From positions 44,647,741 to 44,711,740 of the forward strand of contig CM041465.1 of the NCBI GenBank assembly GCA_023213395.1: a stretch of 64,000 nt of DNA, given 5' to 3'. This stretch comes from Cycas panzhihuaensis (taxonomy: Eukaryota; Plantae; Cycadophyta). The translations under genes and the position numbers were made by a program. This document shows positions 23,560 to 38,500 of this stretch, one piece after another. Each line of letters opens with the position of its first letter. Position 1 is the first letter of the stretch. Under the pieces are notes generated by a model. That model saw only the letters and a program-made list of their open reading frames with translations, made no database searches and was not told where the DNA came from.

Positions 23560-26500
23560 TTCGCCCATGAAACTCTCTTTTCTCAAATCAGGATGAAGTT
23601 TGATAAAATCGGAGGATTCCTAGGAAGCATCTTCGAGAGGCAACTGTTTCCATTTGATCAAGTATTCTCGAATAGTCTTTGACCACAACCGACGTATCGA
23701 ACTTCAAGGATAGCTTCTGGTAATAAGATTAATTTGCCTTCTTCATCTAAGAGGGGCAATTCTGTCTGTACCTCTACATGATTTCCAATTTTCTTTTTGA
23801 GACAAGACACATGAAATACATTGTGTAATTTTGAAGTTGGAAGTTCTAAGGCGTAAGCCACTTGTCCAATTTTCTGTTTAACCTGAAAAGGCCCATAAAA
23901 TCGAGGACTCAATTTCTCCTTTTGAGAATTTTTTAATGATGCTTGTTTGTATGGTTGCAGTCTTACATAGACCCAATCCCCAACTTCGAATTTTCTTTCT
24001 GTACGGTGTTTATCAACTTGCTGTTTCATACAATTTCTTGTTTCTTCTAAATGTCGCTTTAATATTTGAATTGTGTTTTGTGATTCTTGGAGATAATCAT
24101 GAACTGTCAGAACCTTATTATCCTTGTTTAACCAATCCTTTAATTGAATGGGTTGATAGCCATGCAATGCTTGATATGAGGTCATTTTAATGGATGAATG
24201 GTAAGAAGAATTATGCCAAGCTTTAGCTAAATGCAGCCATTTGACCCACGAATTTTGTTTATCTGCTACATAATGTTGCAAATAATTCTCTAAACATTTG
24301 TTAACCACTTCAGTTTGTTCGTTTGTTTGTGGATGATAACAGATACTCATCTTTAGTTTTGTACCCACTTGCCGAAACATTTCCTGCTAGAAATGACTTA
24401 GAAATTTGGGATCTCTGTCACTGATAATGGTTTGCGGAAATCCATGTAATTTGTGAATTTCATTGATAAATACTTTGGCCAGTTATTGAGCTTTATAATT
24501 ACATTGAATGGGTATAAAATGAGCAAAGTTTGTTAAACAATCTACAATCACGTAAATAGCATCTTTCCCTTTTGATTTCGATAAATCGGTGATAAAATCC
24601 ATGCTAATACTTTCCCATTTTTGTTGCGGAATAGGAAGAGGTTGGAGTAATCTAGGAATAGCAGTACGTTCATATTTATTAGCTTGGTAAACTGTGCATT
24701 CAATAACAAATTTTTTAATGTCCTTTTTCATTCCCTTCCAGAAAAATGACTGTTTGGCTCGAAGATATGTTTTTTAAAATTCTTCATAACCTACTGTAGG
24801 TACTATATGTGCTTCATTTAATATCTTGGCACGGAAAATTGAGTTTGCGCCTAAGAATATCTGTCCTTTATACCATAAAATATCATTCTTCTATTGGATT
24901 TTGTTTTCTTTTCCTCGTTGAATTCTTAGAATCAGTTATTAAATGTCAAGGTCTTTCACATATTCTAATTGTAATTCCATGATCCATACTGGTTCTATCA
25001 TTGAAAGGACTTTTAGCTGAGATTCTGCACTTTCTTCATCTTTTTGCGACAATGCATCAGCCACCACATTATTTTTTCCTTTATTGTAAGTTATGTCGAA
25101 ATCAAATGTTTGAATTTTACTTATCCACTTCTGTTATTCAGGGGATAATTCTTTTTGTTTCAATAAATATTGCAAACTATTATAATCTGTCTTGACTATA
25201 AATTTGCTACCTAATAGATACTGACGCCATTTAACCAAAGCGTGTATAATGGCCAACATTTCCTTATCATAGGTAGATTTGAAAATTTCTCTGTTGTTTA
25301 GCTTTCTACTCTCAAATGCAATGGGTTTACCTTCTTGCATTAATATTGCGCCGATTCCTGTTCCCGATGCATCACATTTTATTATAAAAATTTTATAAAA
25401 ATCAAGTGGTGTTAGTATTGGTAACTAGGTCATTATTTGTTTAACTTGTTCGAAACACTTTGTCGCTTCTTCATTCCATTGAAAAGAATTTTTTTTTAAT
25501 AAACAAGTTAAGGCAATTGTTCTCTATGCATAATTTTAACAAACATTGATAATATGCTATTAATCCTAGAAATCCTCGAAGTTTCGTAATATTTTTGGGT
25601 ATCGGCCATTCTTGAATTGCCTCGACTTTCCCTGGGTCAGCGCTAATTCCTTCTTTTGATATAAGATGACCCAGATATTCTATCTCTTTCATTCCAAAAT
25701 AACATTTTGATTTCTTAGCATAAAAATTTTGTTCCTTCAATGTGCTCAATACTTGGTCAAGATGGTTCATGTGTTTTTCCTATTGTTTACTGAAAATTAA
25801 TATGCCGTCAAAGAAGACTAAGACAAACTTCTGCAAGAAGGGTTTCAGAACTTGATTCATTATAACTTGGAATGTGGCCTATGCATTGGTTAGGCCAAAG
25901 GGCATTACCTTGAACTCATAATAACTATGGTGTGTATTGAAGGCTGTTTTGTACATATCTTCTGGTTTAATACGAATTTGATGGTAACCCGACTTTAAAT
26001 CTATTTTTGAAAAATATTCTGCTCCATGTAATTCGTCTAGTAGCTCATCGATCCTTGGTATAGGAAATTTATTTTTTATTGTAACTTTATTTAGGACTCG
26101 GTAGTCTATGCACATATGATAAGATCCTTCCTTACTAAGATTACAAGAGTTGCAAATGGGCTTTTACTAGGAGTTATCGCTCCTATATCTAATAATTCTT
26201 GTATGATTTTTTCAATCTCATTCCGATAATGATGTGGTTGTTTATAGGGTCGAATAACAATTGGATTAGTGCCTGCTTCCAGCTCAATTTGATGTTCAAA
26301 TCCCCTGTCCAGCGGTAATTGTGCTGGAATATTTTGGAAAACTTCTTTATGTTTTTGGACAACATTTTGAAGTTCATTTTCTTGTGTAGTTGGCTTAATT
26401 TCTGCTTGTATTGAAAAGAGTTGAGCCATTATACCACGGTAGCCTTTCTTGATTAATTTTTCCATTCGTTTAAAGGATATTAGTTGGCTATTCCTAGGTT

Positions 26501-28147
26501 TCTCTCCTTGAAGGACGATAGTTCTTCTATCTTTCTTATATCTCATAAATAATTATTCAAGATTCATTTCAAAAGTTCCCAAAGTTCTTAACCACTGACT
26601 CCTCAGAACAATATCTACTCCACCAATATCTAATACATAAAAATTTTCTTTAAGAATGACATCGCCTATTGAGATTTTAAGGTTTTCCATCATTCCTTGT
26701 CCAGATATAACTTGGTGCCCCCCAACACTTACTTGAAAAGGTGCCATTCTAGATAGAAATAGTTTTAAGTGTTGAGTCTATATTCTATCAATAAAATTAT
26801 GTTATGAGTACTTCCGAGATCGATCAAAATCATAACAGCCTGATTTTTAATAAATCCTCGTAGTTTAAGCATGTTAGACCTTGTCAGACCACTCATAGCT
26901 GAGAATGACATTTTCAAGTTGTCCTCCTCTTGGTTATATTGGTACTCATGATTTTCAATAGTATTTTCTTAGCCACACTCTATATCATCCTCTTCTTCAA
27001 TTTCCTCATTTTCTGCTACCGGGGATAATTCGATTGTATATAATTGATTTTTCTGGCATTTGTGATTAGGTGTCCATTTTTTAGCACACCTGAAACAGAG
27101 ATTCGTTTTCTGTATTTCTTCTTACTCGGCTCTTGTCCTTTGAAGTAATGGTTTAGCTAGCCGAGTAACTCTGCTAGGTACTAGACCAGGTCCTATAGTT
27201 GAAGGAGGACTAGAATGAGCATAAGGAGGAATATAGGGTTTTGTTCTTGCTTTTCGTAATTCATTGACCTTTCCTTCCTATATTTTGGCAAGTTGTATTG
27301 CCTTATTTAGTTCCTGAGGTTCTTGAATTTTGACGTCTGCTTGGATCTCAATGGTTAAGCCATCTATATATAATTGGATAAGTTGATTCATGGGAATGTC
27401 TTCTAAAACATAATTTAATTTTGTAAATGTTGCACTGTATTCTTCCACAGATCCTGTCTATTTTAATTTTCGTAATTCACAATAATAATCACGATTAGAT
27501 ACAATCTCAAATCCTTCGATGAATAAACGCACAAATTCTTTCCAGGATGGAAGTTGAGTTCGAAAAGAGGTTCATTCTAGACACTGCCACCATTCACACG
27601 CTATCCCATCCATGTGCAGGGTGGCTAACGGAACTTGCTGTGCTGGCTCAATTTCCATTAAGCAAAAGTAGTTTTCCATTTGCTGAATCCACACTCTCGA
27701 CTCATGCGATTTTTGCTCCATATTGAAACGTTGTATAGTAATTTTTTCCAACTTTTTCTTTTTCTGTGTTTGAATACTTTGTAAGCAGTTGAAGTATGCT
27801 TGAAAACCCACTATCTTTTGTTCTTCAGGAGTTAAATTCCAGTATTCATTAAGATACTTTATGATAGCCTCTTTGTCAAAATTAATCGGAGATATCTAAG
27901 GCCCCAACTGATTTCTTGTAGTTTGATGTCTAATATGTGATTGATAACTCGTTGCTTTGTCTTCTAAATCCGGCACTACCATATCCTCTTTTTTGCTTGT
28001 TGCTATGATCGTTAGTTTATCCAAAATTTGGTGTAAGGTATGATTCAAGAGAGTGTTTGATGTTTGGACCGCGCTGTGAACTGCTTGAGTGATTGGTTCG
28101 ACGATCTCTTTTTGAACGGTGTTGTCTGCCATATCATCAGTGTTCAT
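23560..28147 (-). pseudogene. gag-PR-RT-RH-INT-chromodomain polyprotein of F, degenerate
   Basis: ORFs 27572-27811 (gag), 26553-26747 (protease tail), 25879-26115 (RT), 25134-25340 (RH), 23658-24731 (INT). Confidence 0.92.
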
Positions 28148-28925
28148 TATTTTAATGATTGTGTAAGTACGATTCCACTGCTTTTCTGTCGTGTTTAAAG
28201 CAAATGTATGTTTCTCCTGTTAACTTCTTTGACCCCCTTTTATTGACGTATAATCCTCATGCACTTCGTAAATAGATGCCAATTTGATCTAATACTCAAT
28301 ATCAAGGTTTAAGAGGACGTCAACTAGTGAGTAAACAAATAAATAGAATGACAGACTGATGAGAAGAACAGAGGAAACATACGTCTTGGGTAGAGCAAAG
28401 AAAAATTGTTCAACTATTCAATGTTCAACAGATATTAATGAATTGAATAAGGTGGGGGGACTTAGAAAAAATGAAAATTAAATACCTAACATAAGAAAAT
28501 TACTGTCTAATAAATATTGTGACCATGACCGAGAATCTTTGAGTCAACTGATATGACCAAGGATAGTCAAATGACTTATATAAGTGAGTTATAAAAATGA
28601 ATATATATGTTATGTTGAACAATATTAAAAATGTAACTTCAAGTGTCCTAGGTATAATGATGCCACTATATAATATAATCCAAGATGTGTGAGGATATTA
28701 AATAATAATATAAACTATGGAATATATATTATATAATACACATAGTAATAGTGTCTAGAATAATATATATAAAATAACTTTATTCACTACGTAACAATGA
28801 CAATATATTAGAGTGTAATTTAAATTACACTACAACTTAAACTATTCCCAAATCTTTAATATATGTGATAATGTAAGTGGTTGTTCTCAAACTTTTAATA
28901 TATATGATAATATAGCCCGGCGACT

Positions 28926-28926
<1 letters not shown>

Positions 28927-28966
<40 letters not shown>
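28927..28966. repeat. (TA)n(CA)n compound microsatellite
   Basis: Direct reading. Confidence 0.95.
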
Positions 28967-30339
28967 AAAGTGTATTAATATTATCCGCGTGTATGATGTT
29001 GATACTGGTAAATGATTTAATGTGTAGACAGATGAAGATGCAACACCCTCTTAATATCTACGTCCGATGTGAATGATTTTAGGTCAAGACAGATGAAGAT
29101 GCAAGACGGCGGCGCGGGACACACGTAGAAATGGCGGTGTGGATCGTGAATGGAAAGAGGATGCAGGTGCGGAAGATACGATGAAGACGCAAGGGAGCAG
29201 AAGCAGGACGCTCAAAGATGGATACTCGAAGACAGAACGAAGCAGAAGCAAGGCAGGATGAAGGTCAAAGCGAAACGAAAAAGGCGGATGAGCAATGAGA
29301 GGGAAGGACAACTAAATGAATAGATGGTGGTTTTTATTCTCTTAATTATATATATATTAACAGCACGATCAATTTTAGGGCACGACTGTATGGTAATCGT
29401 TGAAACTATGGAAGGACTCAGAACGATAATGTAGAACGAAAACAGGATGGTGTGGCGAACCCGGTATAGAAGACGTATGATATTAACGTATCACTCAGCA
29501 ATCAACAATCGTTATAATAATGTAGAAATATTAGTGGAAATTGCTATACGTTATTGAGTATGTTCTTGCAAATGCTTTACTATGTGATACAATAAGAATC
29601 TACGATAGTTTCTCTTAATGTCAGAAGGTTGTTTTGATGGCAACTATGAAATAGAGTTGAGTATCTCCAATAGATCGATTTATAAGATCTTTCGTCACTT
29701 CTCTATAAATAGACTACTATATGGAGCAATTAGGAACCAAAGTAATTTTCCACAGGGCAGAAAAGTTACTCTGATACCACTTGTAATAGACTAGTTATGT
29801 TATTGGAAATTGGAGCAAAGTAGAAGAGCGCACATGTAAACAATTAAGAGTCAAATAAATGAATAATATTGATTGAATGAAGATTGATGATACATATTAC
29901 AGGTAGGGTCAATTTTATATGCATATCGTCCCCTTTCACAAGGGTTATGTCTTTCTAGTGACACCCCTTCATTAACAATGATTAATTAACCCCTTTTAAA
30001 GAGGTTCATAATATTGGTTGTCAATTCCTCTTCCAATCTTCCTATTTTTTTTGCCTGTTGATTGACTTAGTTATATTTTTCTTGAATCTCCTCCAATAAA
30101 TTTCACATTTATTGAACGTTATTGCTCTTAGTTTCTCGTACTTGGAATGTACCTTCTCCTAAGATTTTATGGACTGGCAACTGTTGTGGGGATGGCATTT
30201 GTATCAACCCCTTTTCTAGTTTTGACTCATCTACCTTGTGGCATCGTGGCCTTTTAACGTTGTTCATGGCTTTTTGCTTGGGCTTGCTATTATTTGGTTC
30301 TACTACATCCTTGTGGAGCCATGCTATAATCCTTCTCAT

Positions 30340-33300
30340 TGTTGAAATGTAATGTTTTATCTAGGTAAAGAGGGGTCATGTTGAGGTCACCAGCAAATGT
30401 AACTCTAATCTGAGATTGTGACACTTGGCTGTCCTATATTGATCAGTTACATCTCAATGTGTAACGATCATCTTTATGATGTATATTTAAGGAGCATGAA
30501 TCTCAATGAAACACAGGCCATTCCTACCTCATCTCAATTGAGTATTCATCATGGTATTAGAGCAGGTTACTCTGCTTGTTTGAGAGAGGGTCCTTGGTGA
30601 TTGTCAAAGACAGTTCTGAGATAAAGAAGCCAACAAACACAGGAGGTAACAGGGAGCGAAAACAACTGTTAAGAAGAGCGGATTCATAGGAGACTGGAGA
30701 TATTGTACGAACAAGGGTACGGAACCGTACAACTGTATGGACAAAATTTCAAGTGTCTTAGATTGAGATGAAATTTCACTAGCAAGGAGATCTCAATGCC
30801 CCCGTCACTTCTCTCTTCAGGGTCGAGTTCATTTGACGAACTTTTAAAGGGGTTTTTGCCAGTTTTTCAGCCGTGCGGGTTTGGAGGTATTCCTGTAGAT
30901 TTCTCTCAAAATTTTCAAAATCTTTGGATTAAATCTGGTGTGAACTCTGTGTCAGAGCCTTAAAAAGATTTCAAGACAGGTTTTGGTTGATTTGGTGAAG
31001 TATTTTTTGTTTTTTAAGCAAAAATGGGTTTTGCACTAGCCCCGCCCTTTTGTCTTGCAACCCAAATTTCTCTCAATCCACAGACTGTTCTAGAAAAATA
31101 ATAACAGATCCAGAATCGTCGACTCCTCCTCTTTCTTTTGAGGTACATTTCGTACCAATCCGTACAGGTTCGTTCACATATGGAAATCTGTACAGGTGTA
31201 TGGCCCAGACACTGTTAATTAGTTTTCTCTCTGTCTAAATGGCTTCTGCTGTTATTTCCTTGCTAGAACCAGAAAAATTAACTGATTCAAACTATCATGT
31301 TTGGAAGATTAAGGTGGAAACTATCTTGAGAGTAAAAAATGCATGGAATATTACAATTGGAGCAGAAAGTCGTCCTAGTGACTCAGATACAAAGCTGGGA
31401 AGCTAGGAAGAAAGAAATAATATAGGTGTCCTCACTCTGAAAATGTCAATTTCTGACTCAATCTTGATTTATGTTGAAAAATTGAATCTATCATCTGAAA
31501 TTTGGAAATGTCTTGAGAACTTGTATGGGCAGAAAAATAAGGCAAGAATAATTGCTCTTAAAGAGGAAATGTATAGACTTCACATGAGAGAAAATGAGAA
31601 TATAACAGAATTCATGCACAAGGTTATTTCAATTCGAAATAATCTTTTGAGTGCAGGAGGTTTGATTTCTGAACAAGAATTAGTAGAACTTGTGGCAACC
31701 AAGTTGCCAAAATCTTTTGACACAACCATCAATACTATCACAAATAGTGATAAAATTGATAAGATAACACTTGATGAATTAACAAGATTACTGTTAAGAC
31801 AAGAACTAAGAAACAAGAGGTATGAGGACTCTTCAGAATTGGAGGATGCCTTTGCATCTAGATTAAACCTAGGCTCACGCGGAAGGAATCAATTTCGTGG
31901 ACAAGGCTCGACACTAGATTCTAGAGGACGTGGACGTTGGCAAGATTCAAGGGGACATGGACGAAGCAGAGATACCAGAATCTGTTTCAATTGTGGAAAA
32001 ATCGGGCACATCTCCAGCAACTGCAGAATTTTTGATATATGTTACCACTGCGGACAAACCGAACATTATCCATATCAGTGTCCACAGTGAAGAAGTGAGA
32101 TCCAAAAGGGAAAACGACCTGTTGGAGGATACAACAAAGAAAAAATAGAAGAAGAGGAAGAAGAGACTGCATTCATTATTACCTTGGCTACCGGCTTGAA
32201 AGACAATGACATATGGTATATTGACTTAGGAGCATCGAGACATATGACTAGTCGTGAGGATTGGTTCGAGACCCTAAAACCCTATGACTTTGACAAATCA
32301 GTTGAGTTAGGCGATAAATATCCACTTGATATAAAAGGGGTTGGGACCATTTCAGTCAATTTATAGGGGGATATGAAGAAAATTAGAAATGTTTTACTTG
32401 TTCCTGGACTAAAAATGAATCTTCTCTCTGTTTCACAACTGAGCAAAAAAGGGTTAAGAACAGTTTTTGACGAAGAAGGATACTGTTATATGAAAGAAAA
32501 CGGAGAAATCATTGCAAAAGGAGTAAGATGTAATGATCTTTGCAAACTGCTGTTGGATCCTGTACTTCCTAATCTGGAAGAAAAGTCTTGTACTATTGTC
32601 AAACCTAGTAATAAAATCTGGCATTTGAAGTATGGACATCTCCCAATTGAGACATTAAGATTAATAGAAAAATCATGAATGGTGAATGGATTGCCTTACA
32701 TCTCCTCTGATAATTTTGTTTGTAAAGGTTGTCAATTTGGCAAACAACACAGACATCCCTTCAAAGAAAGCACCTGGAGAGCACAATCAAAGCTAGAAAT
32801 GATTCATACAGATATTTGTGGACCAATTACACCGCTCTCAGTCAATGGATGCAGATTTTTTTTAACATTTATCGACAATTTCACTCAAAAGGTATGGGTA
32901 TCCTTTATTCATAATAAGTCAGAAGTTTTTGAAGCATTTAAAGAATTCAAAGTAGAAGTAGAGTTAGAGTTAGGAACAAAATTTAAATGTATCAGATCAG
33001 ATGGAGGGGGTGAATATATATCAAAGGAATTCCTGAACTATTGCAAGGTTCAAGGAATTCGCAGACAGATTACAACTTCTTGTACGCCACAGTCGAATGG
33101 AGTAGCTGAAAGAAAAAATAGAACCTTAATGGAGATGGCTAGGAGTGTGGTTTATGGAAAGAATGTATCAAAATGTTATTGGGCAGAGGTAGTAAGCACT
33201 GCTTGTTATCTGATAAACCGAAGTCCAACAAAAGCTTTAAAGAATATCACTCCACAAGAAGCCTGGACAGGTAAGAAACCTGATGCAATTCTACTTAAAA

Positions 33301-35551
33301 TTTTTGGCAGTCAAGCATTTGTTCATATACTTGATTCAAAAAGGTCAAAATTAGATGCAAAAAGCATAGAATGTATTATGATAGGCTACAACAAAAACTC
33401 AAAAGCCTACAAATGCATAGACCCTAAATTCGACAAGATCTATGTAAGCAGAGATGTAATTTTCAATGAAGAAGATGATTTCAATGAACCTACACAAGTC
33501 AGAGTAATTGAAGAAAGTGGAAAAGAGATTGAGCAAGAAGCTACAAAGGAGACTAAGCAGGAAGTTGCATCAGAAATCACATCAGAAGAAGGGATTTCCT
33601 TCCCATCATCATCAGATCCAACGATACATGAAGCAGAATCTGTCATAGAACAACCAGCAGAGGAGTCTAACAGTAAGGAAGGCTCATAAAAACAAGAGAA
33701 GTTACCTAAATGGTACATTAAGACAATTGAGGAAGGAAAAGGCAATGTAATGGAACACAAAACAAGAAGTCAAAGAATAAAAGCTCTACTAAGCAGAATC
33801 AAACCTCAAACTTTTCAAGAAGCCAAGGATCAACAAATGTGGAAGGTTGCCATGGACAGTGAAATGGACTCAATTAAAAGAAATCAGACATGGGAATTGG
33901 TAGAATTGCCTACCAACAAATCTGCTGTCAACTGTAAATGGGTCTTCAAAGCCAAAGAAGGAATGGATGGTAAAATAGAAAAGTATAAAGCAAGATTAGC
34001 CGCAAAAGGATACACACAAACAGCCGGGGTAGACTTTGATGAAACGTTCTCTCCTGTGGCTAAAATGAACACTGTAAGGACAGTAATTGCACTAGCTGCG
34101 ACACAAAATTGGAAGGTCTTCCAATTAGATGTAAAGAGCGCTTTCTTGAATGGAGAACTGGAGGAAGAAGTCGACATGAAACAACTTGAAGGATATATTA
34201 AAGAAGGGCAAGAAAATCTAGTTTGTAGATTAAAAAAGGCATTATATGGTCTGAAGCAGGCTCCTCAAGCCTGGTACGCCAAATTAGATCACTTTCTAGA
34301 AGAGAACAACTTTAAACGATGTAATTCAGACCCCAGTCTATACATAAGGAAAAGGGATGGTAAAGTTACAATAATTGTGATCTATGTTGATGATATGCTT
34401 CTCACTGGGAATGATGAAGAAGGCATTAAAGACATAAAAGAACAACTCCAGCAAAAGTTTGAAATGACAGACTTGGGTCCTTTGAAGTATTACCTGGGAC
34501 TAGAGATAGATCAACAACATAGTTATATAACTTTGTCCTAGAGCAATTACATTAAAAATTTACTTGCTAGGTTTCAGATGGAAAATTGCAACCCTTGTGT
34601 CACACCCATAGAAACAAATTGTGAACTAATGGCAGATGATATGGAGGAGGCTGCAGACATCACTATATACAGACAAATGATTGGAAGCCTAATTTATCTA
34701 ACAGCTACGAGGCTTGACATATCTCACTCAGTGGGACTATTATCCAGATATATGCAGAATCCAAAATTAAGACACTGGAAGGCTGCAAAGAGAATACTGA
34801 GATATCTAAAGGGAACAGTAGACTTAAAACTAGTATATCCAAAAGGAGGACCAACTAAATTGTCAGGATATTGCGACTCCGACTGGGCTGGAGACAAGGA
34901 ACAAAGGAAGTCCACTAGTGGATACTGTTTCTTCCTGGGCTCTTCAGCAATTTCATGGTGCAGTAAAAAACAAGCTACGACTGCACTGTCTTCCACAGAA
35001 GCAGAATATAAGGCCGCCACAACAGCAACTTACGAAGCTATTTGGTTGAGGCAACTTCTGATCGACCTGGAACAACAACAAAATAAAGCAACTTCCCTAA
35101 AATGTGACAATCAGAGCGCCATCAAGCTGACCAAAAATCCAGTTCTTCATGCAAGGACAAAGCACATAGAAGTTCATCATCATTTCATAAGAGAAAAAGT
35201 ACATAACAAGGAAATTGACCTGGAATATTGTCCGTCATCAGAACAAATTGCAGATCTTCTGACAAAACCTCTTGTGAAAGAAAGACTTCAATATCTAAGA
35301 ATAAAATAAATCTGTTAGAGATAAAACATTAAGAGCGGGTGTTGAAATGTAATGTTTTATCTAGGTAAAGAGGGGTCATGTTGAGATCACCCTCAAATGT
35401 AACTCTAATATGAGATTGTGACACTTGGCTGTCCTATATTGATTAGTTACATCTCAATGTGTAACGGTCATCTTTATGATGTATATTTAAGGAGCATGAA
35501 CCTCAATGAAACACATGCCATTCCTACCTCATTTCAATTGAGTATTCATCA
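30340..35551 (+). mobile_element. Ty1/copia element E, full length (5212 bp)
   Basis: 212-bp LTRs 30340-30551 and 35340-35551 (about 9 differences by eye). TSD CTCAT. PBS TGGTATTAGAGC at 30552, PPT before 35340. Confidence 0.96.
31239..35309 (+). pseudogene. copia gag-pol of E, few stops
   Basis: MASAVISLLEPEKLTDSNYHVWKIK...; two CCHC-type knuckles; WYIDLGASRHM; rve core; IYVDDML; RNase H CDNQSAI...TKHIEVHHHFIRE. Confidence 0.95.
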
Positions 35552-38500
35552 CTCATTGCTACTATCACTTGTCTTTTGATTTTATTTGACTTGACATCAT
35601 GTGGAAATGCCTAGGTCTACTATTGCATCAATGCAAAATTCTGAATAGTTTCTTTCTTTAACAAGTCTGCTATGGGGCATTGGAGGAATAGTACACCCAA
35701 TAATAGGAATGGGTGTTTGAAAATGGGCTTTGGTCCATGAACTCCTCTAATTATCATTGCATTGTGTGTGTAAAATACTCATTCCAATTGAGTGAGATGC
35801 CTTGCTACATGTCCTAGAACACTGGAAGCATATTGTGGGATAATGTGTAAATTTCTTTTTGGCCAAAAATCTTGCCACCGATATCTTCACTATCCATTGT
35901 AGTTGTTTGTGCCTCAAGTTCTCAATTTTATTTCCTCCAAACTACAATTTCACTCTAGGTTTATATAATGCCCAAGTCATTAGTTCTCAATCAATATCAT
36001 TTTTCTTACTCCCCCATGACATTTCTTCATTTCTAGGTAGTTTTGTTAACCTTAAGATTGGATTTGCAAAAATCTCCACTCTGTCCATGCTTTGGGCTAT
36101 TAGCCCTATAATAATATACATTGTTTCTTTGTGCCAATATAATGGTGGAAATAACACATACTTCTTCCAACCTGCCTGGATAATCAATGGTTTGAGTTCA
36201 TTTGGTATTCAAGGATAATCCTTTGTCAATCAAGGTATATATGATTCTTGGATATTAATATGCATCTTGCTATAACTGAAATACTATTGGAATACTTGGA
36301 GTGGTAGATAAAATCATTTAGAACACTACAATAGAATGGAATGCTGAATTCTTACTTGGATGTATTGGTAAATGGATGAAATTTTGCTTACTGCCTTATT
36401 GGAACATTGTGGTTGGGTATGAACACTACTAGACACTATTGGAATGTTCCTATGGATTACATATCATGGAACCCTTTGTTGGGAAGCAAGGGAATTATTC
36501 AGATGGTTCACCTCTACTAGGGCAACAATTTTTGTCTCATATTTGCACGATTTTGTTGGAAAAACCTTAGAACCCTTGCTCCTCATGGCTTTACATTCTT
36601 TTTACAATCTGTTTATGCAAACTAACCTTTTTTTTTTCTATTCTTATTTTCATTTTCTTATCATTGAAGTCATACCATTCCTAGAGCCATTCTTGTGGGC
36701 AATGGCTTGGGAATGATCCCTTAAATTTTGAATTCTCAGAATGGTGCTAAAAGGGCTTACTTGACTTCTCCCTTGCATACCATTTGAAACAGTTACTGAC
36801 GACTTTTCCTCCTACTGTTCAAGAATGGTTCCTTGGAATGGTTGGCTTTTTACACTAGAATGGTGACTTTTACATTAGAATGGTGATTATTTTACCTTGG
36901 AATGCTTGAAATGTTGGCTAAATTAGTCTTCTTTCCCTTCTTGGCTTGAATGCATCATATTCATTAATCATTTAGTATATTATTTACTTGTAAGATGGGA
37001 GTTACAGTTGATTTTTGTCTTTCTAAAATTTTTTAACATATTTTTTGTTTATGCATCAAGGGTTCTTGATGCTAAGACAACTTTGGTTGTTCTCAACTCA
37101 AGCAACATGTTATAGTACACCTGGTTATGCTGATGCTAGAAAAAGTACCCTGTTATAACTGTGGTTGGGTTTATTTTTGCTACTCCTAAGCATTTTACCT
37201 AGTGACAGGCTTGCCAACTCCCTCAGTTGGACAATGCAATCTTTATAAATTTATTCAATCGCATAAGGTCCTTTCAAACACATCTTTATCTATCTCTAAC
37301 GTGTTTGAAATTTGTTGTTGTATTGCCATACCCAATCCCCTTTTTTGAATTGCAGTGCCTTGATGTGATGGTTGTGCCATGCCTTTTTCTTCTTCCTTTT
37401 TGTTGTGGTTTGCTTTGTCAATTTTCTATTGTTGCTCTTTGACTTATCTACCAATTTGTTACCACGACTTGTAGGATGTTGACTAATAACATGCATTTGA
37501 TTCTATTTCCACGATTGGCTATGCCTAAGTCTTTGTTTTTATCATTTCCATGGCATTGCTCCTTTTCTCTTTGTTCACTATTGTAAATACTGTGCATATT
37601 ATAACAACTAGTACTAAGTCCATCTATTTCATATGCCACTTGCAACCAATTTGTCAGGTATGTGGTTGTTTCGCCTTCGTCATAGTTTAAATTTAGCTAT
37701 AGTTCTCCATAATGATTGGGCTCTTGTCTCATATGGATTATTTATTATGGTGGCTTCCTCCACAACTTTATATGTAGCTATTTTATCAAATGAATTAGTT
37801 GTCTTCATTAACGATTATTGTGCTTGAGCCTTTGTCTGAAATAATTTCAATCATATACTTTTTCTTACTGTCACAAGCAATGTTACTATGCTCCCATCAT
37901 GCGAGAGGGTGAGTGTTCTATGTTTCCAAATTTAGAGGCAATCTGCATCATACAACCATGGCCAACCTAGCAAAGTTGGGTATGACAACCCCTTCTATTG
38001 GTTCAATTGCAATGAACTCCAAAGTGACTTCAATTTTGGCAACATTGACTTTCATGTTGGGCAGCATTCCTGGAGGTCAAGCATGTAATTTGTTTGGAAG
38101 TTTAAGGGAATAAGTTGTTCGGGTTTTTTGTGGGCTTCCTAATTTTTTCCAAGCATGAACTGGCAACACACTTACCGCAAAGCCTTTGTCAATAATTACT
38201 AAGTCTATTGACTTTTCCAATACTATCATGATTACCTTGGAATCTTCATCGATTAATGGCAGGATTATATTCATATTTTGTACCACTCCTTCCAAGACTC
38301 AAAATTGGAGTGCTTTTGTTCCCAATCATTGGATAACTTTCATTAATGATATTGTTAGCTCTAGTTGTTTTGCTAGATGCTTAAGCAACTTTAGGGTTCT
38401 TAGGGTGCCATCATTTGCCATATTAGCTAATAAATTAATTGACTTTGGCTTTCCTATTGTTTTCTCCCCTTGGCAGGGATTGGGTGCCTGGCTTGGCTTA

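Larger units (their letters stand above)
23308..30013 (-). mobile_element. Ty3/gypsy chromovirus (Reina-like) element F, full length
   Basis: LTRs 23308-23539 and 29782-30013. TSD TTGGT. PBS reverse complement at 29768-29779, PPT reverse complement from 23540. Chromodomain-like PEAILEVR...YLIKWKQLPLEDAS. Confidence 0.93.

Noticed and set aside
33440-35020. Antisense ORFs over copia pol (also at 9294-10590 and 59565-63021)
   Set aside because: These are shadow ORFs of retrotransposon coding strands with no independent motifs.
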